Shown: positions 17,188 to 24,026 of the stretch, in pieces
Position numbering within the stretch: position 1 is the first letter of the stretch
How the letters are laid out: each line of letters begins with the position of its first letter
Source: Xanthomonas campestris pv. campestris str. ATCC 33913
Lineage (GTDB): Bacteria; Pseudomonadota; Gammaproteobacteria; Xanthomonadales; Xanthomonadaceae
Length of the DNA: 32,000 nucleotides
Reading direction: 5' to 3'
Assembly (NCBI RefSeq): GCF_000007145.1
Contig: NC_003902.1
Span: 90,001 to 122,000, forward strand
Notes under the pieces: generated by a model
Told to the model about the DNA's origin: nothing
Seen by the model: the letters and a program-made list of their open reading frames with translations, nothing else
Databases searched by the model: none
Position numbers and translations under genes: made by a program

Positions 17188-18141
17188 TCATCGCCGCGCC
17201 TCGCGCGCGAACAGCTGCCGCAGGGCCATGTCCGGCGGCGCATCCAGGTAATGCACGGCGTGTGCAATGCCGGCGGCGTGCCAGCGCGCCTGCCGCGCGC
17301 GCTGTGCCTGATCGAAGCGCTGCAGGTAGTCCGCGCGCATGGCCGCGCCATCGCCCAGCAGTTCCTCGCCGGTCTCCGGGTCGCGGAAGCGGTGCCCGCC
17401 GTCGAAGGGGAAGTCGCGCTCGTCGCAGGTCAGCACCTGCAGCTGCAGCACGTCGCGGCGTGCGGCGGCGAGTTTTTCCAGTGCCTCCAGCAAGGCATCG
17501 TCGAAGCCATCGCCGATCGACAGCACCAGCGCATGCGCGGCGATGCGTTCCCACAGCGGGCGCAGCGCGTCCATGCCCGGCCAGGCGCCGCCGGCCCGCA
17601 GCCCGTGCAAGGCCAGCCACAGCCGGTCGCGTTGACGCGGCCCGCCGCCGGCCGGCACCGCCACCAGCCCGCCGCCATGCACCGCAAACAGGCCGACCTG
17701 GTCGCCCTGGCGCAGCGCCACTTCGGCCGCGCAGGCGGCCAGTGTGGCCATCGCCTGCAGGCGCGTGCTGCCCGGGCGCGCCTGATCGGCCTGGCCGGCG
17801 GAGGCGGTGGCGTCGAGCAACAGCCAGAGCGTGAGCGGGCTCTCGCGCTCGGCTTCGCGCACAAAGAAACGGTCCGAGCGTGCGTAGAGTTTCCAGTCGA
17901 TCTGGCGCAGCGCGTCGCCGGGTTCGTAGGCGCGGTACTGGGCAAATTCCAGCCCGGCACCGCGGCTGCGGCTGGCGTGCTGGCCGATGCCCTGCTGGCC
18001 CTGCGCGTTGCGCGCGTGCAACTGCAGGCCACGCAGGCGGCTGCGCAGCGCGGCGGGAATCAGGGCCGGCACGTCGATGCTCACGCGTGTGGATGCCTTA
18101 CGCGGGGTACGGCACGGCGCGCAGCAGCGCGGCGATGACAT
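17188..18141 (-). CDS. DUF58 (vWA-like) protein, MoxR partner
   Basis: DUF58 signature GAGLEFAQYRAYEPGDALRQIDWKLYARSDRFFVREAE and a DATAS MIDAS-like motif. The start is ambiguous: ATG 18141 overlaps moxR by 44 nt, while GTG 18084 lies 13 nt after the moxR stop. Confidence 0.85.
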   Translation of the reverse strand: MSSPRCCAPCRTPRKASTRVSIDVPALIPAALRSRLRGLQLHARNAQGQQGIGQHASRSRGAGLEFAQYRAYEPGDALRQIDWKLYARSDRFFVREAERESPLTLWLLLDATASAGQADQARPGSTRLQAMATLAACAAEVALRQGDQVGLFAVHGGGLVAVPAGGGPRQRDRLWLALHGLRAGGAWPGMDALRPLWERIAAHALVLSIGDGFDDALLEALEKLAAARRDVLQLQVLTCDERDFPFDGGHRFRDPETGEELLGDGAAMRADYLQRFDQAQRARQARWHAAGIAHAVHYLDAPPDMALRQLFAREARR

Positions 18142-19090
18142 CGTCGGCGCTGCGTTGTTCGGCCTCGGCGGCGAACGACAGCAGCAGGCGGTGACGCATC
18201 ACCGGCGCGGCCAGTGCGGTAACGTCCTCGCGCTTGGCCGCCAGGCGGCCGTGCAGCAACGCACGCGCCTTGGACGCGAGCACCAGCGACTGTCCCGCGC
18301 GCGGGCCGGCGCCCCACTTGATCCACTGGCGCACCTCCTCGCTGGCCTGCGGACCGGGCCGGCTTGCGCGCACCAGGCGGTTGATCCAGGTCAGCAGATC
18401 CGCGCCCACGTGCACCTCGCGGACATGCTGCTGCAGCGCCTGCACGCTGGCCGCATCCATCACCTTGGGCACCTGCGCGCTGGCAGTGCCGGTGGTCTGG
18501 GTGAGGATGTCGCGCTCTTCCTGCTCGCTGGGGTAATCCACGCGCACATGCAGCAGAAAACGGTCCAGCTGCGCTTCCGGCAGTGGATAGGTGCCAGCCT
18601 GTTCGATCGGATTCTGCGTGGCCAGCACGAAGAATGGCGCCGGCAATGCATAGGTGGTGCCGGCGTAGCTGACGGTGCGCTCGCTCATCGCTTCCAGCAG
18701 CGCGGCCTGGGTCTTGGGCGGGGTGCGATTGAGTTCGTCGGCCAGCAGCAGGTTGGTGAAGATGGGGCCTTGCTGGAAGCGGAAATGCCGGTGTCCGGTG
18801 CCGTGATCTTCTTCCAGCAGCTCGGTGCCCAGGATGTCGCTGGGCATCAGGTCCGGAGTGAACTGCACACGCCGGAACTGCAGCTCCAACGCCTGGCCCA
18901 ACGAGCGCACCAGCAGCGTCTTGCCCAACCCGGGCGCGCCTTCGAGCAGGCAGTGGCCGCCGGCCAGCAGGCCGATCAGCAGTTGTTCGACCACCGCCTG
19001 CTGGCCCACCACCGCCTGCGCCAACGCTGCACGCAGCGCGCCGAGTTTGGAGAGCTGTGCGGTGAGGAGGTCGTCATTGGGGGAGCTCAT
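18098..19090 (-). CDS. MoxR family AAA+ ATPase
   Basis: Walker A GAPGLGKT, Walker B LLADELNR, MoxR-type length. ATG 19090 gives MSSPNDDLL. The longer track ORF (to 19228) reads through a REP element. Confidence 0.9.
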   Translation of the reverse strand: MSSPNDDLLTAQLSKLGALRAALAQAVVGQQAVVEQLLIGLLAGGHCLLEGAPGLGKTLLVRSLGQALELQFRRVQFTPDLMPSDILGTELLEEDHGTGHRHFRFQQGPIFTNLLLADELNRTPPKTQAALLEAMSERTVSYAGTTYALPAPFFVLATQNPIEQAGTYPLPEAQLDRFLLHVRVDYPSEQEERDILTQTTGTASAQVPKVMDAASVQALQQHVREVHVGADLLTWINRLVRASRPGPQASEEVRQWIKWGAGPRAGQSLVLASKARALLHGRLAAKREDVTALAAPVMRHRLLLSFAAEAEQRSADDVIAALLRAVPYPA

Positions 19091-19175
19091 GCGGGAAGTC
19101 TCGTCGTGGGCGGTGTGCGTAGCGTGGTGCGTGTCATTGCAAGGGCGAGGGTGCGATGCGTGTGGATGTGGCGAT

Positions 19176-19238
19176 GCAGGAGCGTGCTTGGGCGCGATGG
19201 GTGACCGGTAACGCCGCATCGCGCGCAAGCGCTCCTGC
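19176..19238. repeat. Degenerate REP-like palindrome
   Basis: GCAGGAGCGTGCTTGGGCGCGATGG...CGCATCGCGCGCAAGCGCTCCTGC, a diverged copy of the REP family. Confidence 0.7.
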
Positions 19239-19313
19239 GGGGATGGTGGCTGCTCATCGCCTTTATCAAGCTATGCATCTCCAACTCGGTTCTGCAATGT
19301 CCTCTCTGACTTG

Positions 19314-19340
19314 GTAGGAGCGCACTCGTGCGCGATGCCT
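19314..19340. repeat. Half REP (left arm only)
   Basis: GTAGGAGCGCACTCGTGCGCGATGCC without a recognisable right arm. Confidence 0.5.
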
Positions 19341-19376
19341 TACCGATACACCCGAACGCGCGCCCACCTGGCTCTA

Positions 19377-20198
19377 TCAATTGGTCAATGCATACATGAC
19401 GATGTTCACTGCAAACTTGGTGTTGTCTTCGGCCAGGAAGCGTTTGTTGCGCCAGTCGTAATCCCATTCGCAGCCATAGTCCTTGTTGCTGTAGAGCACC
19501 CCGAGCCGGCCGTCGATGGCGATGCCCTTGAGGTAGTCGTGCACCAGGTCGTCGCCCCAGCCATTGAGCTCGAAGCTCGTGGCCGGCGGGCCGTCCGGAA
19601 ACGTGAAGAACGCGTTGTACAGCCGGTGGTTCTTTGGCAGTTTCTGCAGCGCACTCTTGCCGAAGATCGAGGCCATCTGCGCTTCGAACGAGGTGGCGAA
19701 CAAACCATCGATATCGTGATTGCAGTCGTCCACAAACACGAACCCGCCATTGCGCACATAGCGTTCGAAATTGCGCCGCTCGGCCGGATTGAACTCCACC
19801 AACTTGTGCCCGGCCAGGTAACAGAACGGCGCCTGCAACATGCGCGGATCGGACAAGGCGATCACATGTTCCTGCGGGTCCACACGCAGCTGCGTGTAAT
19901 CGATCAGCGAGGTGATCAGGTTGGACGGCATGCGCGCATCCACGTCCCAGTCACCGGAGTCGTAGCGCAAACGTGTAAACCAGAAATCGTAGTTGCCCGC
20001 CGCGCGCGCGCGCAACGGCAGCGCCAGGGTGGCGACGCTACCGAGCAGCAGGCCGAGCACGTGGCGCCGCGAAATGGGAGCCGGGAGACCGCGAAGGGGA
20101 GCCGCAGGCGCGCGCGCCTGCAAGGTATCCGTCTGCAAAGAGCGGCTTCTGCTCTTCGATTCCCGAATCCCCACTCCCGATTCCCGGCTCCGACTCAC
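19377..20198 (-). CDS. DUF4159 domain protein with Tat-like signal
   Basis: FTRLRYDSGDWD ... PFCYLAGH ... GGFVFVDDC ... DGRLGVLYSNKDYGCEWD matches DUF4159. SRRHVLGLLLGSVATLALPLRARAA is a signal peptide. The start is uncertain: GTG 20198 overlaps the pmbA-like stop as GTGA, and TTG 20123 is the alternative. Confidence 0.8.
   Translation of the reverse strand: MSRSRESGVGIRESKSRSRSLQTDTLQARAPAAPLRGLPAPISRRHVLGLLLGSVATLALPLRARAAGNYDFWFTRLRYDSGDWDVDARMPSNLITSLIDYTQLRVDPQEHVIALSDPRMLQAPFCYLAGHKLVEFNPAERRNFERYVRNGGFVFVDDCNHDIDGLFATSFEAQMASIFGKSALQKLPKNHRLYNAFFTFPDGPPATSFELNGWGDDLVHDYLKGIAIDGRLGVLYSNKDYGCEWDYDWRNKRFLAEDNTKFAVNIVMYALTN
20155..20197. repeat. GGGAATC/GGGGATTC-type short repeat cluster
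   Basis: Minus strand reads GAGTCGGAGCCGGGAATCGGGAGTGGGGATTCGGGAATCGAA. It lies at the pmbA-like/DUF4159 junction and may be intergenic rather than coding. Confidence 0.5.
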
Positions 20199-21529
20199 AC
20201 CGCATCCGACAACGAGGTAAACGTGAAATCACGCAGCCGCATCGGCGGAATCATCATCACGTAGCTGGACTCGTCACCGGCCACGCGCACCGGCTTGCCC
20301 AACTCGTCGATGTTGTTGAGCATGATGATCGGCGATTCGTTGAAACGGAAATTCTTCACCGGGTATTTGATCTGCCCGTTCTCAATGTAGAACGTGCCAT
20401 CGCGGGTCAAGCCGGTGAGCAGCACCGTCTGCGGGTCGACCATGCGGATGTACCAGGTGCGCGTGACCAGGATGCCCTTCTCGGTGCCGCGCACCAGCTC
20501 GGCAATGTTCTTCTCGCCACCGGCCATCAACAGGTTGCCCGGCTCGCCGATCGCACGCTTGCCGTTCTTCTGCGCCCAGAAGCGCGAATACTGCAGGTTG
20601 GCGATCTTGCCGTTTTCCACGATCGGCATCTTCTCGCGCGGCAGGCCTTCCTCATCCCACGGCAGTACCGCCGCACGCGGGTCCCACGGGTCGGCGGTGA
20701 TGTTCACGCGCGGGTCGTAGACCTGCTCGCCGAGCTTGTTGCCGCCGCCCTTCTTGGACAGGAAGCTGCGGCCTTCATCGGCCATGCGCGCATCGAAGTA
20801 GCGCATCATGAACGAAATCAGGCCAGCGGCCGCGGCGGGCTCGAGAATCACCGTGTATTTGCCCGGTTCCAGCGCCTTGGCCTCTGCCGAATCGCTGGCC
20901 TTGCGCATCGCAATACGAACGTCCTGCTCGGCCTTGAAATCGGCGGCGTCTTTCAGGTTGCGCCCCACCCAGCCCGAGCCGCGGCCGTCTTCGGTGCGCA
21001 CGGTGCAGGTGTAGTCGAAGCGGGCGCCGCGCTGATACCCGAAGTTGCCCTTGCTGTTGGCGAACGCGGTGAAGCTCTGGCCATCTTCCAGAAAGCCGGC
21101 GGCGATCAGGCCCTTGCCTTTGCACGGCGCGATCGAATCGGCGGCCACCTGCGCGCGGAACGCCGGGTCGATGGCTGCGGTGGATTCGCTGAAGGTGGGG
21201 CTGGCGGTGTAGGTCTGCTTGTCGACGGCCGGCATGAATTCCGGATTCTCCGGTGCCAGCCGTGCCAGGTCTTCGGCGCGGCGTACCACGCGTTCCAGCG
21301 AGGCATCGTCGAACTCGTTGATGGTGGCCACGCCCACGCGCTTGCCGAACGCCACCTGCACCTGCAGGTCGGTGTTGTCGACGATGCCGCTGGTGGACAC
21401 GTTATTGAGCGCAAAACGGATGTTGCCGTCGATCGAGCCGGTGAGCTGTGCGGTGCACTCATCGGCCTTGGACAGTTTGATGACCTTGTCCAGGATGGCC
21501 TTGGCCTGCGCTTCGGTAAGGATGCTCAT
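20195..21529 (-). CDS. PmbA/TldE-like protein (TldD/PmbA family, no HExxxH, no signal peptide)
   Basis: 444-aa TldD/PmbA-family ORF, 14 nt downstream of the TldD-like gene, with AGGAGAA SD. The N-terminus MSILTEAQAKAILDK is hydrophilic. Confidence 0.9.
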   Translation of the reverse strand: MSILTEAQAKAILDKVIKLSKADECTAQLTGSIDGNIRFALNNVSTSGIVDNTDLQVQVAFGKRVGVATINEFDDASLERVVRRAEDLARLAPENPEFMPAVDKQTYTASPTFSESTAAIDPAFRAQVAADSIAPCKGKGLIAAGFLEDGQSFTAFANSKGNFGYQRGARFDYTCTVRTEDGRGSGWVGRNLKDAADFKAEQDVRIAMRKASDSAEAKALEPGKYTVILEPAAAAGLISFMMRYFDARMADEGRSFLSKKGGGNKLGEQVYDPRVNITADPWDPRAAVLPWDEEGLPREKMPIVENGKIANLQYSRFWAQKNGKRAIGEPGNLLMAGGEKNIAELVRGTEKGILVTRTWYIRMVDPQTVLLTGLTRDGTFYIENGQIKYPVKNFRFNESPIIMLNNIDELGKPVRVAGDESSYVMMIPPMRLRDFTFTSLSDAV

Positions 21530-21543
21530 CTAGTTTTCTCCTG

Positions 21544-23178
21544 TCAGCCGAGCGAGCGGGCGGTGTTGATGACGTTGATGCCGTCGAAACGGGCGGTGGA
21601 CGAACCATGCGACACCGCCGACGACTGGCTCGGCTGGCCCTTGCCGTCGAAGAACGAACCGCCCAGGCGGTAGTCGCGTTGATCGGCCACGGCGCTGCAG
21701 GCATTCCAGAATTCCGGGGTGCGGATCTGGTAGGCCACGTCTTCGAGCATGCGGGTGATGGCGCCGTTCTTGATTTCGTAAAACAGCTGGCCGCCGAACT
21801 GCGCGTTGTAGCGCTGCTGGTCGATGGAGAACGAACCGTCGCCGATGATGTAGATGCCGTTTTCCACGTTCTTGATCAAATCGCTGACGCTCAGTGGCGT
21901 CTTGCCGGCCGCCAGCGAGACATTGGCCATGCGCTGGAACTGCACGCTCGACCACGAGTCGGCGTAGCAGCAACCATCAGAGGCGGTCTTGCCGAGAATA
22001 TGCGCCTGGTCGCGGATGGCCTGGTAGTCCACCAGCTTGCCGTCGCGGATCAGATCCCACTGCTTGGTCTTGACGCCTTCATCGTCGTAACCCACCGCGC
22101 CCAGGCTGCCGGGCCGGGTCTTGTCGGCCAGGATATGCACCTTGTCGCTGCCGTACTGGAAGCCGGCCTTGAGCTTGTCGAGCGTGGCGAAACTGGTGCC
22201 GGCGAAGTTGGCCTCGTAGCCGAGCACGCGGTCCAGTTCCAGCGGGTGGCCCACCGACTCGTGGATGGTGAGCCAGGTGTGCGAGGGATCCAGCACCAGG
22301 TCGTATTTGCCCGGCTTCACCGACGGCGCCTTGAGTTTTTCCTGCGCCTGCTTGGCCGCGGCGATGGCGTCTTCCTTCATGTCGTAGGACAAGCCGTAAT
22401 TCACCACGCCGTTGGGCGAAACGAACTTGCCCGAGGCCGCACCATCCAGATACTCGTAGCCCAGGCCCATCGGCGCAGACAGCCCATCGCGGGTGCGGAA
22501 CTTGCCGCTGGCCTTGTCGATGGCGGTCACGCTCATTGGTGCCCAGATGCGGTGCACGTCCTGGTCGATGTAGGAGCCATCGCTGCTGGCGAAATACTTC
22601 TGTTCGTTGACCACGAACAGCATCGAGTTGACGAAGTTGGCACCAGCGGCGGTGGCCGCGGCATTGACGCCGAGCAGCAAGTCCACCTTGTCCTTGATCG
22701 GCACTTCCATCGCATTTTTCTTGATCGGCGTCTTCCAGCTGACTTCGCCCACGCCGGGCGTGGGAGCGAGCTGGACCGGCGTGCCCTGCACCTTGGCATT
22801 GGCCTTGGCGATCGCGGTCGCCTGCTGCGCGGCCTTGGCCACGCCTTGCTCGGTGAGATCGTTGGTGGCCGCAAAGCCCCACGCGCCTGCCACGATCACG
22901 CGGATGCCGGCACCGATGGACTCGGTGTTGACCACGTTCTGCACCTTGTCTTCGCGGGTGATCACGAACTGGCGCAGATATCGGCCGATGCGCACATCGC
23001 AATAGCTCGCACCACCCTGACGCGCGGCGGTGAGGCCGGCATCGGCCAGGCGCTTCTTGCGGCCCACATCGAAGGGTGTCAACAACTGCTCGGCGGCAAT
23101 GGCCTTGCCGAAGTAGGCAGGCACGATCAGCCCACCCATGGTCAGCCCGGTCAGGGCCAGGAAATCACGTCGCTGCAC
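21544..23178 (-). CDS. TldD-like metallopeptidase with twin-arginine signal (paralog 1)
   Basis: HESVGHPLE metal motif and a TldD/PmbA fold-length protein. GTG 23178 gives VQRRDFLALTGLTMGG, is preceded by GGGGAG (6-nt spacer), and aligns with the GTG start of paralog 2. ATG 23220 is the longer alternative. Confidence 0.9.
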   Translation of the reverse strand: MQRRDFLALTGLTMGGLIVPAYFGKAIAAEQLLTPFDVGRKKRLADAGLTAARQGGASYCDVRIGRYLRQFVITREDKVQNVVNTESIGAGIRVIVAGAWGFAATNDLTEQGVAKAAQQATAIAKANAKVQGTPVQLAPTPGVGEVSWKTPIKKNAMEVPIKDKVDLLLGVNAAATAAGANFVNSMLFVVNEQKYFASSDGSYIDQDVHRIWAPMSVTAIDKASGKFRTRDGLSAPMGLGYEYLDGAASGKFVSPNGVVNYGLSYDMKEDAIAAAKQAQEKLKAPSVKPGKYDLVLDPSHTWLTIHESVGHPLELDRVLGYEANFAGTSFATLDKLKAGFQYGSDKVHILADKTRPGSLGAVGYDDEGVKTKQWDLIRDGKLVDYQAIRDQAHILGKTASDGCCYADSWSSVQFQRMANVSLAAGKTPLSVSDLIKNVENGIYIIGDGSFSIDQQRYNAQFGGQLFYEIKNGAITRMLEDVAYQIRTPEFWNACSAVADQRDYRLGGSFFDGKGQPSQSSAVSHGSSTARFDGINVINTARSLG

Positions 23179-23522
23179 GGGCAACTCCCCACTAGTCCCG
23201 CGCGGTGCGCGGGTATCCATTTGACGCGCGGATCGCTGCCCACGCGTGTCGACCCCGATTCTTGCTGGACGGTGAATCCCGCGTCAAATGACTTTCGGCA
23301 GGGGTGTAGCGGCAATCGCTGTGCTCGCATGAGTCGAGCGGCACGCGCTGCCTGCATGCAACTGTGGTGAGCGGGGCTGGTTGCGTGCGCTTGATGCGCC
23401 ATCGTGTCGGCACGCGATGGGATCGCTGAAAGGCGTGCATTCTCTTATTGGCGGTCGTGCAATGCGCGACGCGCACGCCCTCGTGCGCAGTGCCTGCTGC
23501 TTATAGCTCAGAGAGGCTAAAG

Positions 23523-23603
23523 ATGAAGAGATCGTCTGCCGCGTGGCTGCAGGGCCCTTGCCCGGCCACCCTCGCAGGACACGCTGCAAGTACCTCCCTG
23601 TAA
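23523..23603 (+). CDS. Candidate small ORF (26 aa, MKRSSAAWLQGPCPATLAGHAASTSL)
   Basis: ATG preceded by GAGAGG with a 6-nt spacer. The paralogous ORF in the other arm differs almost only at silent positions and by in-frame indels. The stop is followed 3 nt later by a 10-bp GC-rich hairpin. Confidence 0.4.
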   Translation: MKRSSAAWLQGPCPATLAGHAASTSL

Positions 23604-23606
23604 GCT

Positions 23607-23632
23607 CTTACGCGGCATCCACGCCGCGTAAG
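23607..23632 (+). other. Stem-loop CTTACGCGGC-ATCCAC-GCCGCGTAAG directly after the left small ORF
   Basis: Perfect 10-bp stem. The homologous hairpin in the other arm keeps pairing through three double (compensated) changes. Confidence 0.7.
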
Positions 23633-23824
23633 GTCCCGCGACGGTGAACGGGCAAGGACCAGTGGAGAGTGTCGGTTTGCGTGGTGCAAGCAGTGCATGA
23701 CGTGCGTTGTTCGGATAACGGCGCGTCCGATCAGTGTCGCAGGGCAAACCGAGTAACACGCAGGCTTTCAACAAAGCAACCGACTCACTTTCTGGTGCGG
23801 TGTCCTCGCCGATTGCGGGACCGT

Positions 23825-23846
23825 GTGGCGGCATGGATGCCGCCAC
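23825..23846 (-). other. Stem-loop GTGGCGGC-ATCCAT-GCCGCCAC directly after the right small ORF
   Basis: 8-bp stem, starting 5 nt after the TAG of the minus-strand small ORF. Confidence 0.7.
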
Positions 23847-23851
23847 CGAGT

Positions 23852-23929
23852 CTACATGGACGTACTTGCGGCGTGTCCCGCGAGCGGCGAGGGCACCGCG
23901 CACTCGACCAACCAAGCTTTTGATCGCAC
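23852..23929 (-). CDS. Candidate small ORF (25 aa, (M)RSKAWLVECAVPSPLAGHAASTSM), paralog of 23523-23603
   Basis: GTG start immediately after an in-frame TAG, with no clear SD. It shares R-S-x-A-W-L, P-x-P and the C-terminal LAGHAASTS(L/M)-stop with the left copy. Confidence 0.3.
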   Translation of the reverse strand: MRSKAWLVECAVPSPLAGHAASTSM

Positions 23930-24026
23930 CTAAACGACGCAACGACTTGCTGAGATTGTGGGTGTGTCTACTTGCTACCAGGACAGCTCTAACAAAGCGA
24001 CCTAACAAGCCGTTTTTTGGCAGCTC

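Larger units (their letters stand above)
23507..23680. repeat. Left arm of a large imperfect inverted repeat (pairs with 23776-23954)
   Basis: The plus strand here aligns with the reverse complement of 23776-23954 (about three quarters identical by eye, with short indels). Confidence 0.8.
23776..23954. repeat. Right arm of the large imperfect inverted repeat
   Basis: See the left arm. The centre spacer is 23681-23775. Confidence 0.8.

Noticed and set aside
21544-23220. ATG 23220 as the TldD paralog 1 start, and 25994 as the paralog 2 start.
   Set aside because: Both paralogs have a GTG with a good SD directly before the RR motif (23178 and 25655). The upstream extensions are not similar to each other, and the 25994 extension overlaps the orphan ORF.
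23258-23287. Sigma70-like hexamers on the minus strand (TTGACG-N18-AAGAAT) upstream of TldD paralog 1. Also a TATAAG / TGCTTATAG element at 23498-23507, readable on either strand.
   Set aside because: These are hexamer matches only, with imperfect spacing or -35 elements and no supporting data. They are too weak to report as features.
23735-23765. GCAGGGCAAACCGAG...ACGCAGGC, reminiscent of the GGCAAACC / ACGCAAAGC core of c-di-GMP-I (GEMM) riboswitches.
   Set aside because: Only the short GGCAAACC string matches. The tetraloop-receptor hairpins and the second conserved block are absent.
23507-23954. The inverted repeat read as a MITE with long terminal inverted repeats, or as an invertible promoter switch.
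   Set aside because: No target-site duplication or recombinase is visible. The arms are too diverged for inversion by homologous exchange. The 3-periodic silent substitutions and compensated hairpin changes argue for selection on the arm contents. A multicopy repeat family cannot be excluded without the whole genome.
23517-24008. 163-aa minus-strand ORF and 84-aa plus-strand ORF (23669-23923) spanning the TldD spacer. Their translations resemble each other (AAWMPPPSLHGRTCGVS versus AAWMPRKSLQGGTCSVS).
   Set aside because: The resemblance is a by-product of the inverted DNA repeat. In these frames the inter-arm substitutions fall on first and second codon positions. Only the short 25-26-codon frame shows a silent-site bias.
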